A stretch of DNA of 64,000 bases, taken from NCBI GenBank assembly GCA_937888805.1, contig CALBEY010000109.1, forward strand, positions 8,749 to 72,748. The letters are read 5' to 3'. Shown one piece after another: positions 8,965 to 17,366 of this stretch (the stretch's first letter is position 1; each line of letters begins with the position of its first letter). The position numbers and the translations under genes are program-made. The stretch is from an uncultured Burkholderiaceae bacterium. GTDB lineage: Bacteria; Pseudomonadota; Gammaproteobacteria; Burkholderiales; Burkholderiaceae_B. The notes beneath the pieces were generated by a model, which had not been told where the DNA came from, did no database searches, and saw nothing but the letters and a program-made list of their open reading frames with translations.

Positions 8965-10344
8965 ATGACCACGACGAATCACTTAACAAAATCGCTGGCC
9001 CAATACGTTGCCAAGCCGACTTTTGGTTCAGCGCAAGCGCAAGCAATGGCTATTGCTAATCTTGGATTTATCGACACGATTGGCACCATGATGGCGGGTT
9101 CAAAGGAGCCTGTTGTTCAGTTGCTGATGGCGCATTATGAGCAATATCAAACGCCGCAAGAGGCACCCTTGGGCTTTGCCAATGTGTTCAAGCCGGCACC
9201 GATTGCTGCGTGCATTAACGCCACGGCTGGGCATGCCTTGGACTACGATGACGTCGCCATGTCAGGACACCCAAGCACCGTTTTGGTACCGGCGATTTTG
9301 GCAGAAGGGCATTACTTGAATGCGAGCGGTGAGCAGGCGCTGCAAGCCTACGTGGTGGGTTACGAGGTCTGGTCTGAGTTGGTTTATCGTGAGCCTGGTA
9401 AATACCACCTGAAAGGTTGGCACCCCACAGGTGTGTTGGGTACGGTCGCCGTCGCCGCGGCCGTGTCGGTTTTGCATCAGCTCAATGAAGAGCAGGCGTC
9501 CAATGCCTTGGCAATCGCCGCGAGCATGGCGAGCGGGCTGGTTGCCAATTTTGGCAGTATGACCAAACCCTTGCATGCGGGTCGAGCGGCCGCAAACGGG
9601 ATTGAAGCGGTCCGATTGGCCAAGATCGGTATTACCGCATCACCGGACGCCTTTGAACACCCGGCTGGCTATTTGAACGCGTTATCAGTCAAACAAGATG
9701 CCGATCGCCTATCAGCTGCTGACCGATTGGGTCAACAACCCCGTATTTTAGAAACAGGCCTGTCGATCAAACGTTACCCCATCTGTTATTCATGTCATCG
9801 CGCCGTTGACGGCATGCTTGACTTGGTCGCCGCACACAATCTCACACCATCGGATATTGATCACATTACGTGCACGATAGGCCCAGCGCAGGCCTCGATG
9901 TTGCGTAACCACCGACCGCAGACCGGACTAGAAGCGAAGTTTAGTATCGAGTTTGCCATGGCCAGTGCGGTGCTTAAGCGTGATGTTGGCTTGCGGCAGC
10001 TGACCGATGAGTTTGTGCTTCAGCCAGATGTTCAAGCGTTGTTTGAAAAGGTTAGCGTGCAAATCAATGAAGAACCTTGCCCGCTTGAGCCGTCCTCAGC
10101 TTTGACAGACCGTGTGGTGGTGACCTTAATGGATGGCCGCTCTTTGGATTCTGGTCCGATTCGATTCCCACTCGGTAACGCCGGTAAACCGTTAGACGAA
10201 GCCGGCATGCGCGCTAAGTTCATCGACTGTCTCGAATCTGCAAAAGCCCTGGGTGTCGACATGCCGTTTACGGCACAAACGTTATACAGCCGAGTGTCGC
10301 GATTGGAATCCATTCGTAGTCTGAAATCGATTTTTGAGCGTTAA
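8965..10344 (+). CDS. MmgE/PrpD family protein
   Basis: NATAGHALDYDD, GHPS, GWHPT, TKPLHAG, KRYPIC; ATG at 8965 is the likely start (the ORF-track extension to 8707 overlaps the ACAD gene). Confidence 0.9.
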   Translation: MTTTNHLTKSLAQYVAKPTFGSAQAQAMAIANLGFIDTIGTMMAGSKEPVVQLLMAHYEQYQTPQEAPLGFANVFKPAPIAACINATAGHALDYDDVAMSGHPSTVLVPAILAEGHYLNASGEQALQAYVVGYEVWSELVYREPGKYHLKGWHPTGVLGTVAVAAAVSVLHQLNEEQASNALAIAASMASGLVANFGSMTKPLHAGRAAANGIEAVRLAKIGITASPDAFEHPAGYLNALSVKQDADRLSAADRLGQQPRILETGLSIKRYPICYSCHRAVDGMLDLVAAHNLTPSDIDHITCTIGPAQASMLRNHRPQTGLEAKFSIEFAMASAVLKRDVGLRQLTDEFVLQPDVQALFEKVSVQINEEPCPLEPSSALTDRVVVTLMDGRSLDSGPIRFPLGNAGKPLDEAGMRAKFIDCLESAKALGVDMPFTAQTLYSRVSRLESIRSLKSIFER

Positions 10345-10394
10345 ACACGTGGCGACTTAATTGCAACGCTATTTTTTAATCAAAGAGGCCTATC

Positions 10395-11954
10395 ATCGAT
10401 AAGCCAGTCACTATTGATTGGTCTGCTGGCTTACACACGCTGGCAGACCGTTTTGAGAGCGCCATCGCGGTATCCGATGGTGATGGGTGTTACCTGACTT
10501 ACCGCGAATTGTGTGATCGAGCGCACCAATTGGCGATGATGTTGTCTACCCAAGTTGATGCGCAAGCCGGCTTGCCCATTGCCACGCTTTTGCCCAACAG
10601 TGTGGGCGCTGTGGTCGCCTCCTATGCGGTTCGCATAACAGGTGCTGGTGAAGTGCCGATCAGTTGGTACAGCACTGAAGAAGAAATTGATTGGTGCGCC
10701 AAATTGGCAAAGGTCTCGCATGTGTTGACGCTAAAGGCGCGTCAGGCAGTACTCGGTGGGTTGGGTCTTAATACCGTCTGTCTGGATGCCATCGCCACGA
10801 CCGCAGCGGTTCCCCCAATAAAAAAAGGGGTGTTTGCAGGGGTTCAGGCAACGCTGGTTGGCCGAATTCTCTTTACCTCTGGTACGACGGGCAAGCCCAA
10901 GGGCGTCTTATATCGGCACATGGATCGGTGGTTAGGAGAGCAGATGCTCAAGGCATCTTTGCCCTTTGTTCCAAGGGTTGGTGACAAAATCCTTTTAATG
11001 ACCCCTTTTGTGCACGGCTCTTCGTTGTTGGCATACGCTTGGTGTGATCTTGGCGGACATGCTGTTTTGCTCGATGGGGTCGTCATTGAAAAAATCCGCG
11101 AGCAGCTACAAGATCCTCGGTTGAGAGCCATCTTTGCACCACCGACTGTTTTAGCCAAAATCACAAGTGCTTTTGAAGGGCAGTCTTTTAAGCAGGTGGA
11201 ATGTATCTTTACAGGCACGCAACCATTGACAGCGCTGCTATACGCACGGGCTTGTGCGATGTTTGGTCCGGTCGTCCGAGTCACTTATGGTAAGTCAGAG
11301 TGTGTCAATCCCATCACGGTATTGTCAATGGCAGATACACATGACTATTTTTCGGCGCCGAACATACCCGCAGGTGCTTGCGTGGGTCACCCGGCCCCGG
11401 GCGTTGAGCTGCGGATTGAAGTGGGTCTTCAAGATAATAGCGACGAGAGTGACGGCAGTGATGGCGAGGTTTGGCTCAGGGCGCCACACATGTCCTGCGG
11501 CATGATCACGCCCGATGGCTTTGCTAGCCATGAACCTGATGGCTGGCATCAAACAGGTGACTTGGGCCATATCGATGCGGCGGGCCGCTTGGTGTTAACC
11601 GGACGAATGGCCGATGTCATCAAAACAGGTGGTTTTAAGGTCAACCCAGACGAAATTGAGGCATTGCTGTCAACACTCGGTGCTTCAACGCAGGTGTGCG
11701 TGACTGCTGTGCCGTCAGACTATTGGGGTGAAATCATTGTGGCAGTGGCTGAGTTGGCCTTTGAAGGCTGGGAGTCGGTGGCTCAAGAACGGGTGAAACC
11801 ACTGTCTCGTCACAAACACCCAAGACTCTTTCTAGCTGTTGAGGCATTGCCTAGAAATCCTCAGGGTAAAGTCAGTCGTCGTGCGGTCAGAGAGCTGATT
11901 TTGAGAGCGTATGAATTGATTGATGGCCCCTACCCCAAAATGATACGACGCTAA
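10395..11954 (+). CDS. Class I adenylate-forming enzyme (acyl-CoA ligase); start codon anomalous
   Basis: FTSGTTGKPKG, YGKSE, TGDLG, GRMADVIKTGG, LPRNPQGK. The frame is open from 10380 and encodes LTYREL upstream of the first canonical start (TTG 10509). The 10395 start (ATC) is inferred. Confidence 0.8.
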   Translation: MDKPVTIDWSAGLHTLADRFESAIAVSDGDGCYLTYRELCDRAHQLAMMLSTQVDAQAGLPIATLLPNSVGAVVASYAVRITGAGEVPISWYSTEEEIDWCAKLAKVSHVLTLKARQAVLGGLGLNTVCLDAIATTAAVPPIKKGVFAGVQATLVGRILFTSGTTGKPKGVLYRHMDRWLGEQMLKASLPFVPRVGDKILLMTPFVHGSSLLAYAWCDLGGHAVLLDGVVIEKIREQLQDPRLRAIFAPPTVLAKITSAFEGQSFKQVECIFTGTQPLTALLYARACAMFGPVVRVTYGKSECVNPITVLSMADTHDYFSAPNIPAGACVGHPAPGVELRIEVGLQDNSDESDGSDGEVWLRAPHMSCGMITPDGFASHEPDGWHQTGDLGHIDAAGRLVLTGRMADVIKTGGFKVNPDEIEALLSTLGASTQVCVTAVPSDYWGEIIVAVAELAFEGWESVAQERVKPLSRHKHPRLFLAVEALPRNPQGKVSRRAVRELILRAYELIDGPYPKMIRR

Positions 11955-13105
11955 TACGCCGCTTCAAACAGAGCCACGAAAGCGGCATGATCTGTTGGCC
12001 TTGGATTCCATGGGGTGTAGTTCGCTGTGACGCAATCAGCGGCCATGGCCTCGAAGTCCTGTGGTTTGGCGCCGACGTGGTGCAGCCCACTAGGGATACC
12101 AACGTCCCGACACAAGGCCGCAATGGCTTGGACGGCCCGTTGCGCCATGGTTTGCTCGTCTTCTTGCTGACTTAAAACACCCATCGCTTGAGCGATTTGA
12201 GCGTATTTCGAGGGTTCAGCGACACGGTTGAAGTCTGCGACTGCTGTCAAACACAATGCATTTGAGAGGCCATGTGAAACATGATACTTGGCGCCGACAA
12301 AGCGAGCCATACAGTGCACATTGCCCAGGCCGGTTTGACCAAATGACATCCCTGCCATGGCCGAACCTAGCAACATGTTCAGTGCAGCTTGTTGGTTACT
12401 TCGGTCTTTGACAAAGGCTCGTAAATCATGACTGATGAGGGCGATAGCCTTTAGGTTTAAAGCGTCGGTGATGGGGGTGGCTTTCAAAGAAGTGAATGAT
12501 TCGAGCGCGTGTACAAAAGCGTCTAGCCCAGCGTGCGCTGCTACCGAGGCGGGCAAAGTGACCAGTGCATCGGGGTCTAGCAGTGCGAAGCGCGCCGGAT
12601 TGAGCTGGGCATGTCGAATCGACATCTTGCGATTGGTGTCGCTATCCGTGATGACGCAAGATCCTGAAACCTCAGAACCGGTGCCCGCCGTTGTTGGGAT
12701 GGCAATAAGTGGTAATCCAGGTTGGTTGAATTTCTCGGAACCCTCGAAATCGTGAATTTTTCCGCCGTGCACCATTAGGATGGCCACGGCTTTGGCGACG
12801 TCCATGGCGCTGCCGCCACCGATTGCAAGCACACTATCTGCTTGATGTTGTTGTGCTTGTTCAAAGGCTTTTTGAACGGTGTTCGAACTTGGGTCTGATT
12901 CGATTTCACTAAATAAGACGGTATTGGTGGGGCTGTTATCAAGGCTCGCTTTGACAGATTGATAAAACGGGGTGCTCAATAGCGCTGAATCAACCACCAG
13001 AAAAAGCTTCTTGGTGTCAAGCGTGCTTAGAAGGGCTGGCAGTTGTTGACTGACACCCGATCCGAAATGGATGGTTGTTGGGCATAAAAATTTGGATGTG
13101 AGCAT
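11951..13105 (-). CDS. Iron-containing (type III) alcohol dehydrogenase
   Basis: GGGSAMDVAK, PTTAGTGSE, DAFVHALES, GNVHCMA, HGLSN metal ligands. Confidence 0.93.
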   Translation of the reverse strand: MLTSKFLCPTTIHFGSGVSQQLPALLSTLDTKKLFLVVDSALLSTPFYQSVKASLDNSPTNTVLFSEIESDPSSNTVQKAFEQAQQHQADSVLAIGGGSAMDVAKAVAILMVHGGKIHDFEGSEKFNQPGLPLIAIPTTAGTGSEVSGSCVITDSDTNRKMSIRHAQLNPARFALLDPDALVTLPASVAAHAGLDAFVHALESFTSLKATPITDALNLKAIALISHDLRAFVKDRSNQQAALNMLLGSAMAGMSFGQTGLGNVHCMARFVGAKYHVSHGLSNALCLTAVADFNRVAEPSKYAQIAQAMGVLSQQEDEQTMAQRAVQAIAALCRDVGIPSGLHHVGAKPQDFEAMAADCVTANYTPWNPRPTDHAAFVALFEAAY

Positions 13106-13107
13106 GG

Positions 13108-13147
13108 TTTCTGTTCGGTGTTTTCTGTTCGGTGTTTTCTGTTCGGT
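13108..13147. repeat. 14-bp tandem repeat (TTTCTGTTCGGTGT x2 plus a 12-bp partial copy)
   Basis: Copies at 13108-13121, 13122-13135 and 13136-13147; begins 2 nt upstream of the ADH ATG. Confidence 0.95.
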
Positions 13148-13312
13148 TGTGGTTGCGCGTGATTGTGGGGTATCGTCAATTTGCGTTTGATCTTCCTTGA
13201 CGGCGGCTTCATTGTCAAAGCCAGTGGATCGGTTCAGGGGGCATCGTCATCATCAAGAAAGAGCGAAGTTGTGTCAACTCTTTGACACCGGTCAAAAAGG
13301 AGGTTCTCTGTA

Positions 13313-14434
13313 ATGAAAACGCTGCGATGGCTAAATGGCTTGGCTTGTCTAGGGCTTTCGCTAACGGCGTCTGCCACCTCAATAACGCCTGAAGTGGTTG
13401 CCAGTGGCTTGCAAAATCCTTGGGCTTTGTCCTTTATCGACCAAAACCAAATGCTTGTCACCGAGCGCGCGGGCCGCCTGCGGGTGGTCTCCGCCGATGG
13501 GCAAGTGGGGGAGCCGATTAAAGGCTTGCCACCTATTCAAGCCGGGCGCCAAGGGGGTTTGCTTGACATCATCACTGATCAGGATTTCAAAAACAATCGA
13601 CGCTTGTACTTTTGCTATACGGCGCCAGAGGGCGATGACAATAATCAAGCGAATAACTCAACAGCCCTGGCCAGTGCGGTATTGTCAGCTGACAATCGCC
13701 AGTTAGATGACGTACGGGTGATCTTTAGGCAAAAGCCCACTTATGCCGGTGGTTTCCATTTTGGTTGTCGGTTGGTGCAACAAACCGATGGTACGTTGTT
13801 GTTGGGTCTTGGCGACCGTTTCCATTTGATGCAACAAGCGCAAGGGCTCGACCAGCACATTGGTAAGGTGGTTCGCTTAAATCCAGATGGGAGTGTGCCA
13901 GCGGATAACCCTTTTGTCAGCCAAGCGGGAGTCGCCCCAGAGATCTGGAGTTATGGTCATCGCAACATTCAAGGCGCGGTGATTGCCGCCGATGGTGCGC
14001 TGTGGATGCACGAGCATGGTCCGCAAGGTGGCGATGAATTGAACTTGATTAAACCGGGCGTCAATTACGGCTGGCCGGTGATCACGTACGGGGTTAATTA
14101 TGGTGGCAGCACGATCGGTGCCGGCCTCACAGCAGCGCCCGGCATGGCCCAGCCGGTGACCCAATGGACCCCATCGATTGCGCCTTCTGGCATGGCTCAA
14201 GTCACCAGTGATCGGTATGGTCCCGAATGGCGGGGTAATTTTCTGGTGGGTTCGTTGAAGTTTCAACACTTGGTGCGACTTGTGCTCGATGGCAATCAAG
14301 TTATCAGTCAATCTGTCGAGTTACCCAAGCTCGGTCAGCGCGTCAGGGATGTGCGCCAAGGACCTGATGGTTTAATTTATATCCTGACCGACCGTACCGA
14401 TGGACAATTGATTCGGTTGCAGCCCAGCCGGTAG
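13313..14434 (+). CDS. PQQ-dependent soluble aldose sugar dehydrogenase (GSDH/YliI family), secreted
   Basis: Signal peptide; PWALSF, QGGLLD, HFGCRL, WSYGHRNIQG, EHGPQGGDELN, NYGWP, SIAPSG, RVRDV; AGGAGG RBS. Confidence 0.9.
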   Translation: MKTLRWLNGLACLGLSLTASATSITPEVVASGLQNPWALSFIDQNQMLVTERAGRLRVVSADGQVGEPIKGLPPIQAGRQGGLLDIITDQDFKNNRRLYFCYTAPEGDDNNQANNSTALASAVLSADNRQLDDVRVIFRQKPTYAGGFHFGCRLVQQTDGTLLLGLGDRFHLMQQAQGLDQHIGKVVRLNPDGSVPADNPFVSQAGVAPEIWSYGHRNIQGAVIAADGALWMHEHGPQGGDELNLIKPGVNYGWPVITYGVNYGGSTIGAGLTAAPGMAQPVTQWTPSIAPSGMAQVTSDRYGPEWRGNFLVGSLKFQHLVRLVLDGNQVISQSVELPKLGQRVRDVRQGPDGLIYILTDRTDGQLIRLQPSR

Positions 14435-14622
14435 CGTTGTACTCGGTGTCGTCATCAGTTGAAGGCCCACTTGCCCCAAACAAATAGGACATTGCCGTCG
14501 TTGTATTTTTGACTCGGGATATAGGCCGCTAAAATTTAGGTTAAAACAGCACCTCATCTGGGCTGACAAGACCCTGCCATTGTGGCTAAATATGATTTTA
14601 TTTCCAATGTCCATTGCTTCTC

Positions 14623-15228
14623 ATGAATCCACCACAGGATCGCGTTAAGTCAAACGCCGATCGCGCCAAGCCCGAATCGTTACGAGAGTTATTTGTTTTT
14701 TTTAGTTTGTTGGCGCTGCAAGGCTTCGGTGGCATTGTGGCGTTCATTGAACGGGGGTTGGTCGTTCAAAAAAAATGGATGACCCGCGAAGAGTTTCTTG
14801 AAGACTGGGCGGTGGCTCGAACCATGCCTGGCCCCCCCGCCATCAACATGAGTATCGTGATTGGTGCCCGGCATTTTGGGGTGATTGGTTCGATTGTCTC
14901 TGTGGCTGGTATGTTTTTGGTGCCAACGGGCGTGGTGTTGATACTGGCGGTGCTCTACGCCCAGTTTAATGACCAACCGCAGGTGGTCGATGCACTGAGA
15001 GGCATGGGATCGGTGGCCGCCGGTCTCATTATTGCCACCGGTCTGCGTCTGTTAACGGCACTGCGATCCAATGTGATGGGTGTCACCGTCTGCGCGATAT
15101 TGGCGCTGGCCAGTTTTGTGCTGGTCGCGCTCTTGGAGTGGCGCGTGATGTACGTGCTGTTACTGCTCGGGATCACGGCTTGTGGTTATGCCTATTGGTG
15201 CATTCAAACCCGAGAGCGGAGCGCTTGA
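14623..15228 (+). CDS. Short-chain chromate transporter (CHR family), subunit 1
   Basis: QGFGG...KKWMTREEF...MPGP motif; hydrophobic; ATG 14623 (TTG 14614 alternative). Confidence 0.85.
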   Translation: MNPPQDRVKSNADRAKPESLRELFVFFSLLALQGFGGIVAFIERGLVVQKKWMTREEFLEDWAVARTMPGPPAINMSIVIGARHFGVIGSIVSVAGMFLVPTGVVLILAVLYAQFNDQPQVVDALRGMGSVAAGLIIATGLRLLTALRSNVMGVTVCAILALASFVLVALLEWRVMYVLLLLGITACGYAYWCIQTRERSA

Positions 15229-15818
15229 TGGGGACACTTTCGATTGCCATGTCGTGGGACGATTGGCTCACCCTGATTCAAAACTTTCTTTTGCTTTCTG
15301 CTGTTGCCATGGGTGGGCCCTTGGTCTTGTTACCTGAAATGCGCCACCTGTTGGTTGATACGCATGGTTGGCTGACTGACGATCAAATGAGTGCCTCAGT
15401 GGTGATTGCCCAAGCCGCACCAGGGCCCAATGTTTTGTTTGTGGCGCTTTTGGGTTGGAATGTGGGTTTGAACAACGGCAGCTATGGTTGGGCTTTTTTT
15501 GGGGCGGCCGCTCTCATGATTGCGATGTTGTTGCCCTCATCACTGATGGTATTTTCTACTGCGCGTTGGATTCATAAAAACGGCCACAAACCAGGCGTGC
15601 GCGCCTTCAAGCAAGGTATGAGCCCAATCGTGGTGGCTTTGCTGATTGCCTCAGGTTGGACGCTTGCCAACACGGGAACCTCGTCGCTTGGCGATTGGCC
15701 CTTTTGGTTAGTGACAGCAGTAACCGTTGGCTTGGTGCTTTGGGGCAAGATCCATATGTTTTGGTTGTTGGCCATTGGCGCATTCTTGGGGGCCACAGGG
15801 CTGTTATCGGTGGCGTAA
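15228..15818 (+). CDS. Short-chain chromate transporter (CHR family), subunit 2
   Basis: AMGGP...WLTDDQM...IAQAAPGPN motif; TGATG coupling with subunit 1. Confidence 0.85.
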   Translation: MGTLSIAMSWDDWLTLIQNFLLLSAVAMGGPLVLLPEMRHLLVDTHGWLTDDQMSASVVIAQAAPGPNVLFVALLGWNVGLNNGSYGWAFFGAAALMIAMLLPSSLMVFSTARWIHKNGHKPGVRAFKQGMSPIVVALLIASGWTLANTGTSSLGDWPFWLVTAVTVGLVLWGKIHMFWLLAIGAFLGATGLLSVA

Positions 15819-15871
15819 GCGCAAATGGCCCCTAAAGTGGCTACTCTAGCGCGGTCACGATCCCCCACAAC

Positions 15872-15901
15872 TCAAAAACAGCGTGTTCATCATCACACGC
15901 T
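15872..15901 (-). terminator. Rho-independent terminator of gatCAB
   Basis: AGCGTGT-N8-ACACGCT hairpin (15880-15901) followed on the minus strand by GTTTTT, just downstream of the gatB stop. Confidence 0.6.
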
Positions 15902-15911
15902 TGATTCGAGA

Positions 15912-17366
15912 CTAGCCGTCTAAGCGCTGCTTTAAAAGATCGTTGACTTGGGCGGGATTGGCTTTGCCTTTGGCCAATTTCATCACCTGGCCAACCAAGG
16001 AATTAAAAGCCTTTTGTTTGCCCGCACGATACTCTTGGACAATGGCGGGTTGGCTGGCGATGACCTCGTCAACCATGGCACCGATAGCGCTACTGTCGCT
16101 GATTTGCTTTAGGCCCTTAGCCTCAATGATGGCATCAGCGTCTAACGTGCTGTTGGCCCACATGTCAGTAAAGATTTCGCGCGCGATTTTGTTAGAAATC
16201 GTACCGTCCGAGATTCTGGCCAAAAGTTTGGCCAAAGCGCCCGCGGATAGGGGGCAGGCATCGATGTCTTTTTCTTCGCGGTTCAGTGCCGCGGCCACCT
16301 CGCCCATCACCCAGTTGGCCGCTAGCTTGGCCTGCCCACTGGGCAGGGCGTTCGCAACTGCCTCGAAATACTGGGCAATTTGACGATCTTGACACAGCTG
16401 AGCCGCGTCTTCGCTAGATAAACCCAAGTCCTCCACAAAACGGTGACGCCTCTCTTTGGGCAACTCAGGCATGCTGTCTTTGACTTGTGCTATCCACGCA
16501 GGCGTGATGATCAGTGGTGGCAGATCTGGATCGGGAAAATAACGATAGTCATGCGCATCTTCTTTGCTGCGCATGCTGCGGGTTTCGTCACGGTCAGCAT
16601 CGTAGAGTCTGGTCTCTTGTACCACTTTACCACCGTCTTCGATCAGCTCGATTTGCCGGCGGATTTCATACGAGATGGCACGTTCTAAGAAGCGAAATGA
16701 GTTGACGTTCTTGGTTTCTGTCCGGGTGCCAAAGGCCGCTTGGCCCTTCGGGCGCACTGACACGTTGGCATCAATGCGAAACGAGCCTTCCTGCATGTTG
16801 CCGTCGCAAATGCCGAGCCACACCACCAAGGCGTGCAGTGCGCGAGCGTAAGCCACAGCTTGCGCGGCAGAGCGCATTTCAGGCTCGGAGACGATTTCAA
16901 GCAAAGGCGTGCCTGAGCGGTTCAGGTCGATGCCTGAGCAGGGGCGACCGTCAGGCGTTGCAAAGTTTTCATGGATGGATTTGCCAGCATCTTCTTCGAG
17001 GTGCGCGCGGGTTAAGTTAAAGGTGAGTGCTTTACCATCCACAAAACATGGCAATGTGCCGCCAAGTACCACGGGTATTTCGTATTGGCTGATTTGGTAG
17101 TTCTTGGGAAGATCGGGATAGAAATAATTCTTACGTGCAAAAATAGACCGAGGTGAGACGGTGGCGCCGATGGCCAAGCCAAAGCGAATCGCATGCTCGA
17201 CGGCTTGGCGGTTTAATACCGGCAAGCTGCCGGGCAAAGCCATGTCGACTTCATTGGCCTGCGTGTTTGGGGTGGCACCGTATTGGGTTGAACTGCTCGA
17301 AAAAATTTTGCTCTGTGTGGCCAGTTGAACGTGGGCCTCTAGGCCGATTACGACTTCCCAGTTCAT
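15912..17366 (-). CDS. gatB: Asp-tRNA(Asn)/Glu-tRNA(Gln) amidotransferase subunit B
   Basis: [49 protein letters not shown]; ATG 17366 overlaps the gatA stop. Confidence 0.97.
   Translation of the reverse strand: MNWEVVIGLEAHVQLATQSKIFSSSSTQYGATPNTQANEVDMALPGSLPVLNRQAVEHAIRFGLAIGATVSPRSIFARKNYFYPDLPKNYQISQYEIPVVLGGTLPCFVDGKALTFNLTRAHLEEDAGKSIHENFATPDGRPCSGIDLNRSGTPLLEIVSEPEMRSAAQAVAYARALHALVVWLGICDGNMQEGSFRIDANVSVRPKGQAAFGTRTETKNVNSFRFLERAISYEIRRQIELIEDGGKVVQETRLYDADRDETRSMRSKEDAHDYRYFPDPDLPPLIITPAWIAQVKDSMPELPKERRHRFVEDLGLSSEDAAQLCQDRQIAQYFEAVANALPSGQAKLAANWVMGEVAAALNREEKDIDACPLSAGALAKLLARISDGTISNKIAREIFTDMWANSTLDADAIIEAKGLKQISDSSAIGAMVDEVIASQPAIVQEYRAGKQKAFNSLVGQVMKLAKGKANPAQVNDLLKQRLDG

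Noticed and set aside
13108-13147. Repeat considered as a CRISPR array
   Set aside because: The units are 14 bp with no spacers, and there are no cas genes.
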